This document shows positions 56,612-64,000 of a DNA stretch of 64,000 nt, piece by piece; position 1 is the stretch's first letter, and each line of letters starts with the position of its first letter. Location of the stretch: NCBI RefSeq assembly GCF_009914755.1, contig NC_060938.1; one strand, given 5' to 3'. The notes below the pieces were generated by a model. That model saw nothing but the letters and a program-made list of their open reading frames with translations, was not told where the DNA came from and did not search any database. The DNA is from the human T2T-CHM13v2.0 reference genome, Homo sapiens. The position numbers and the translations under genes are program-made.

Positions 56612-59600
56612 ATACGCCTGGCTGCAACTCAGGGGTGGCCTCATCCTCCCGCCCTGGGCTGGCCTCTGGTTCCATCACGTTTGTCACTGCCGTTTATTAC
56701 ATTGACTTCTCCCAAGATGAATCTTCCTTCCAAATGTGTTTTCTCCACACAAGCCTTGTGATCTGAATGTGTGCGCTGGTTCTCTTTAGGTGATCGTCTT
56801 TGAAGTTCAGCAAAGCTGCTTGTTCTCCCATGGATTCCTGTCCCAAGCTACCTCTACCAACCCTCTCTCTCCAGCTAGACTTTTCTCTTTGCCTCCTCCC
56901 TTCCCTTCCACTCTTTAAAGTTCTGCAGTTCACCAACTGGTAGTCCATTAAATTCTCCTGTCTAGAATGACCCCCCCACCAGTACTTGACCAATTTCATG
57001 TATCAATCTGGATTTTTTTTTAACGGTATAATGACTGTGTTTATTGAAAGAGTTTTACCTAAAAAGCCAACATTTGAATTGGTTGCAGCATAGAGAAGAA
57101 ACACTGGTCCTTCTTTCAAAATTAAGCAACTATTAAAAGCGCCATTTTATTTATTTCATTTAAAAAATAATCTATGCAGCATTTCAAGAAACAACCATAT
57201 GGTGTTGTATATTATAAACTGGTGACATTCTACTATTGAATTATGTACAACATTTTCATTTTTTATGCTTCTTGAGGTGGTAATGAGAAAAAAGTTTTTT
57301 AAAAAAGTGTGCCTTGCTGTATTTCTTATACCATTTATTAAAAAGCTGCTTTCACGGTAAAATTATGTTGGTTTGAAAGGAGGAAATAGCAAGGTTAAGA
57401 TGTGTGAATAATTTCTGTATATATGTATAACCAAGTACAAACATTGATGTATAATGACAGTATAAAATGCTTTCATGTTTGTGATGTCTAGTGATGTGGA
57501 AAATATAAGCCTTAAATCCATTAGATTGCATGGTAATTAAAATTGGCATAATAAACACAGATTATTGGGGGAAAAGGAAAATTAGTGATCTCTTCTACTA
57601 TGTTCTTTACCAAATTGTTGCATCTGGTTCTGAAAAAGTATAGCATGTAGCAGCTTCCAAACATATTCATATTGCTTAAGAGGCTTAACATTACCTAAAC
57701 TAGAGACTAGACGTAAAGCCTTCAGTTTTCAAAATCTTTCTGGTCACTATAAAGATCTTGGAACAGCAAATGATTAAATGTCAGTTCCCCTAAACCAATA
57801 AACATTTATACTAGATTTTTTATTTCCACTTATCATTAATGATTTAATGTTGGATTTCAGGTACCTTGTATGTCTTAATTTATTTTAAATATTTATTTTG
57901 AATGAGTTTGATAGAAAGCTAGTAGAAAAGTACAGAAAATTTGACTATTATTTATAGATTTCAGGTATATTTATATGTGTAAAAGAAATTGACAAAGAAA
58001 TATTTCATCTGGCCTTTACTGACTCCTGTTAAATGCAGTTTTAAATTTATATCGTAACACCTACTTAAGTGCCTGACACAGTAGGTATTCAATAAAAATT
58101 TACTGAATTAAAGGATTAAATTAGGTGACATGGTGACATCTATCCCTTTATTTTGACACTAAAACATGGACACAACTAGAAAGAGGTACAATGCAATATA
58201 AAGTCACAATAGATAATATATATCAAATTTCTAAAAGGTAAAGAATGTTGTGGGTTCATGCAGTCACAGGAATGACAATCATTCAACAGATAGTTCAGAA
58301 ACACTTTTTATCTGCAAGGCACTATTCTAGATCCAGAAGATGCAATGTTGAACAAACAGACAAAGCCCTGCCCTCAGAAGGCTGTCCTGCATTAGGAACA
58401 AGTGAACACGCAAATGACATGAAGTATTTGTTGCAGAGCTGAGGAACAGAGCAAATGTAGTGATAGAAGCGCAATGAGAGAAGCAGCAGTGGGTACAAGG
58501 AGGAAGAAAAAGGGCTTGCAGAGAGTGGAAAGTTAGTGGAATATTCATGAAACTTCATTGCAGGGGTAATAGAAGAAAAAGTAAATTGGGAGGACTTAAT
58601 GGAAGGTCTTTTAAAAAGTTAACTTGGAGCTTCTGTATGTAAAATGCTAGGTAATAAGGACACTTTGTACAGGCTGTTTTGCACCTGATTTTATTTATCA
58701 TTAGTGCCACGCCAAGATCATTTAGACGATGCTTATCTGTAATTCTACCACTTTAATAACTATTTGTATTTTTATGCCCCTTCTGATCTTTTCCATATGT
58801 ATTTCTAAATGGATAAATTATTCTAGGCTTCTTAATAGGTAGTAATTTGTTCAAAAGCGGTTTTAGCCAGACATCTAGTTGCAGTGTTCAAGAGGATTAT
58901 GGGGGAAAGAGATTAGAGATAATTGTCTAGTTAGGGGGCAGCTGGAGAAAATAAGCTAAGTTTGCAATAACAGAGTACACAAGTATAGTGGCCCAGGATG
59001 TAGTGAAAGAACAAATCCTAGAGTCTTTGAAATTTCTAAGGGCATTCTAGACCTCTGTTGGGATATGGTATTATTTTACATACTGACACAACCTAAATTT
59101 TCTTTGGGTAGTAACTAATGTCAAGTCTACATCGACTGGTAAAACATTCAAAGAACAAACTGACAATGATGTTCTACCTACTTGTTACATGCTCATGGAA
59201 GACCGTGCAGTATTGAAAGTATTTGTTAATTATCTGCTTAGTATTAACACTAAATTTGTAGAATGACTTTCAGGTTTGTTGAACAATGCCTTTTCAGGTT
59301 GGAAGAAGAAAAATAGCCTCAATCTCCCACCCCATGTAGGCACTACCTCCCCAATTACCCTTAGAAAATGATCACACCAACTCTGCCTACACACTTCCAG
59401 TGATAGTGGCTCATTGTCTGTTAAGGCAAACTGTTCCACTGTTGGGCATATCTCTTTGTTAGAAAGTTCTTTCTTAGGTTGCTAAAATCTGCCTAGTACC
59501 CCGCTACCCTGTTCTGTCTTATGGAGCAGCCCAGATTATCTTTACTCCCTCTTTCTCATGGCAACCCTGAAGATAATCAAGGCCAGTTACTCATCATCTC

Positions 59601-59826
59601 CCAACCACTGTTTCCTCAACTGCCCTTCATATGTCATGGTTTTCAGATCCATTCCAACCTGACTGAATGTTAACAGACAGAATTCTTCACATTAAGGAAC
59701 TGTCTTCATCATCATACATGTAGAAAAGAATCTGAACATTTAAGTGCGAAGTTTTCTCTAGAAATATATTCAAGATATGTTTATTCTATTATTGTAAATT
59801 TCAAACAATAAATAAATAAGAATCCA
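56612..59826 (+). other. AKAP6: AKAP6 terminal non-coding exon (3'UTR); may end earlier or extend beyond this poly(A) site
   Basis: Strong acceptor at 56611, AU-rich UTR-like composition, overlapping AATAAA pair at 59807-59816. Confidence 0.7.
59807..59816 (+). terminator. Overlapping polyadenylation signals AATAAATAAA
   Basis: Two AATAAA hexamers with upstream TGTA and U-rich sequence; alternative AATAAA at 57550, 57797 and 58091. Confidence 0.6.
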
Positions 59827-59929
59827 TGACTTCCTTCAGTGGCCCAGTCCAGTGCCTAAGTCATCTGGAATCTTCTCCTTACATCGAATACAAACCTAAC
59901 CTGTTTCCAAGTAGGGCACTCCCTCCGCT

Positions 59930-60055
59930 TATTTATTCATTTATTCAGCCATTCAGCAAACATTTATTAAATGGCTACCTATGTGAGGCACTATATTTGG
60001 CATTAGGTATATAAAGGCAACTAACACATGGTATCTGTCTCCAAAGGTTTACAGC
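59930..60055 (-). mobile_element. L2 3' end
   Basis: attcatttattcagccattcagcaaacatttattaaa...ctatgtgaggcact. Confidence 0.7.
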
Positions 60056-60589
60056 TTTTCTTCTGAAAGTGCCTTTTGTGTCCTTGAATAGAGTGATTAT
60101 GACTTTTGTCTCAATTAAATGATGACCTCATTTAGTTTCTGATGAAGTTTCTCTACATTTAAGAAAATCTAGTGAGCAAAACGGTATACAAAAAATCATC
60201 TGGATCTGACTACCAGAAAAAGTAAAGTGGTTTTAATTACAGAAAGAAAAATATTTGTTAGATTTCTGGTCACTGAATAAATATGCATCTTATACAACAC
60301 AGAACAACCTAAATTTAGGGCTTCTGGAAACCTGAGTTTGATGACTTTGTTGTGTTTGGTTCATCCGGACTAGGTTTCACCCATTCTATAATTCCTAGAA
60401 ACAAACTAGATGAAAATATCAATGAAATGATCCAGGTCTGTCTTACAAGTCAATTTGCTTTAGCTTCCAAAAGAAGTTGAAATTTTTTAGAATTTTAAAG
60501 AAAAACTCACTTTTCAAGTGTCATATAATTCTTATATTTTAAATATAAATCGAACCAACTAAATTTACCGCTATATTTTTTTCTACATA

Positions 60590-61595
<1,006 letters not shown>

Positions 61596-61608
61596 CATCC
61601 ATCTAAGG

Positions 61609-61940
61609 CAAGGGTCAGCAAACTGTGGCACGTGGGCCAAATTCAGCTCGTTGCCTGTTCTGGTTTGACCCATTTGAACAATTGACGAGCTTCAAACAAT
61701 TTTTACATTTTTTAGTAGTTAAACAAAAGAATACTTCATGACATGTGAAAATCATATGAAATTTAAATTTTGGTGTCCATGTATAAAGTTTTATTAGAAC
61801 ACATCCACGCACATTTGTTTCCATAGTCTACGGATGCTTTGACACTATACAAAGTTACGTACTTGCAACAAAAGCCATATGGCCTGCAAAACCTAAAACA
61901 TTTACTATCTGGATCATTACAGAAAGTTTTCTGATCCCTG
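61609..61940. mobile_element. MER58-like hAT-Charlie MITE
   Basis: caagggtcagcaaact...ttttctgatccctg terminal inverted repeats. Confidence 0.8.
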
Positions 61941-62928
61941 GTCTATGATATTCTAAATTCCGACACATTTTCTTAGGATAGATTTCCATTTGCAAATTCA
62001 GTGTAAGACATAAACACCGGCAATAGTTGTGTTTTTTTTTTCTTTTTACTTCCTAGATTTTATTGCATTCTCAACTTGTTTCATATTACCTTAAAAAATA
62101 AAGTGCACTTAAAGATTGTTTCACATCCACAGTTTGTTTAAGGATTTAAATTTAGTTCACTATTACTGCCTGGCTTTGATTGATTTAGAGGGTTAGTCAA
62201 TTACAGACTAAATAATTAGTTCAATCAAAACCATCAGAAAAATTGACACAAACTCACTTCCATGCACCAGTAAACTGGAATCCTTTCTTTAAATGTTTTT
62301 CTAAAGCAATCCGAGGAATTAAATTCAGGCCATTTCACAGTCAGTTTTTTTCAAATTCATTTTTCAACTCAAAGGCAAAACCATGATCAAAATATTGTAT
62401 ATAGTACACCTTCAGTTCCCAACTGCTGAATTTACCAAGGAATTAAGTATTCACCACAAACCCTGGTGTGGCCATAGGTGGACACTCTAATTAAAAAGAA
62501 GATGTTCAAAAAGAATAGTCCTTCTTTTCTTTCTTAAATTCACCTTTGATAGCACTGCCACACTTCTGGGAAGGGAACGTTCAAGGAAACCGTATAGCCA
62601 CTTCTTTTTTAAAAGCAGCCACATACCTTCTATATAACAATGGCCCTTTAGTTTGAGAGTTGCCACATATTTGCATTTCCAGAGTAAAATAATAGGATGA
62701 CATGGGCAGGTCAGGCCCACAATAGTATGGTTTCTTTGGCAAAGGCATTTTGGCCAATGCCGTAAGACCATTCTGGCCCTTGATTAATGGGTTCTCACCA
62801 AAGCAGAAATTACGCAGAGCTTATTTGTCCTTGCATTTTGAAGTAAATCATTGCCTGCATAAAGCAACTCTTTTGTCTCTTTTCCATTGCAACACACAGG
62901 AGTTGGAATGTGTTCATACGTGTAAGAC

Positions 62929-63272
62929 TGTCTTAGTCTGCCCAGACTGCTTGGACTGTGTTGTTTATAAACAACAGAATTTACTGCTCAAAGTTCTGGA
63001 GACTGGGAAGTTCAAGATCAAGATGCTAGCAGATTCAGTGTCTGAGGAGGGCTCACTTTCTGTTTCATTGATGCACCTTACTGCATCCTCATCTGGTGGA
63101 AGGGGCAGTGAACAAGCTCCCTTGGGCCCCTTTTACGAAAGCACTAATTCCATTCATGAAGACTTCACAACTTAATCACCTCCCAAAGGCTCCATCTCTT
63201 AATACGATCACATTGGGGATTAGGTTTCAACATACCAATTTTGGGGGTACACAAATATTGAGGTGATAGACA
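62929..63272 (-). mobile_element. MST/MLT1 (ERVL-MaLR) solo LTR
   Basis: tgtcttagtc...gttctggagactgggaagttcaagatcaag...ggattaggtttcaacat. Confidence 0.8.
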
Positions 63273-64000
63273 CTTCCAGGCTTTTGCCAAACATTAGTAA
63301 ACAATTTCCAGTGAATACTCTGCCCCATTCTCTCCTACTCAAGCAGAGTATCTTAAGGCAGCAGATTGGAGTGACGTTACTTTAAGGGTAACTTTGAAGC
63401 CAATCTAATTCATACTCAAAAAAGTATTCCAAAATTTTGGTACTCTATTATGGGTTACAAACCCCTTGTGACACCATATTTAAGAGCCACTGCTATTGAG
63501 GCTTGCACTCTCTTGCTTGAAATGAGGTGCTCCCAAACCTGGGAGATGGCTCCCAAAGAACAAGAGAATCAACCCCATCGTGCATTTATGTGCTGCCCCA
63601 GGTAATCCACAGGCACAAAGAACTTGAGCTTCCTGGTGTGTTCTTCAGAAAAAAAGGAATTCAAAAAGCAAATGTAAAATGGAACAGAACTTGGCCTCAA
63701 AGTGATGTTGGAAAAATAGCCAGTCCTGATGACTTGGTCGAGGTAACTTGCTTTGCCCACTGTTAACTACAGAGCCATATGATAATGGAACATCAAGGTT
63801 TTCCAGATAAACCCAAAGCCTTTTGTGTCTATACCTTGTAACCTGTCATGTTCATCAACGTTTTAGACTGTACCATTGCTCTTTCTCCCTTCTTTATTCA
63901 TTTTATATGGGGACGTTTGACTAGGATCACCAGATGTAGATTTGGTAATTTTTCCATACCATTAAGATGTATGATAATGGATTTTATTAATTTAACACAA

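Noticed and set aside
56443-56999. ORFs overlapping the last acceptor (107, 70 and 100 aa)
   Set aside because: Non-ATG or intronic starts and no recognisable homology.
58069-58335. Tail-to-tail L2 ends as a miR-28-type hairpin
   Set aside because: Arms are about 170 nt apart and too degenerate to form a pre-miRNA stem.

Overview
Primate (very probably human) genomic DNA covering the 3' end of AKAP6 (mAKAP) on the + strand. It contains a 216-nt coding exon (473-688, end of the last spectrin repeat), a 47.5-kb retroelement-rich intron, a 3,414-nt internal exon (48181-51594) carrying the disordered C-terminal half, the PKA-RII helix and the stop codon, a 5-kb intron inside the 3'UTR, and a terminal UTR exon from 56612. 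Most other ORFs in the track are Alu, L1 or microsatellite noise. I found no self-contained novel gene system. The best leads are a nesprin-like LEWD kinesin-light-chain motif and FFAT-like motifs in the big exon; a stop codon only 42 nt before the last junction and overlapped by a cryptic donor; routes to isoforms lacking the PKA anchor; a QKI-motif cluster after exon 473-688; a 168-bp local inverted duplication; and a four-level retroelement nest. Repeat subfamily calls and residue numbers come from recalled consensus and reference sequences and need confirming.
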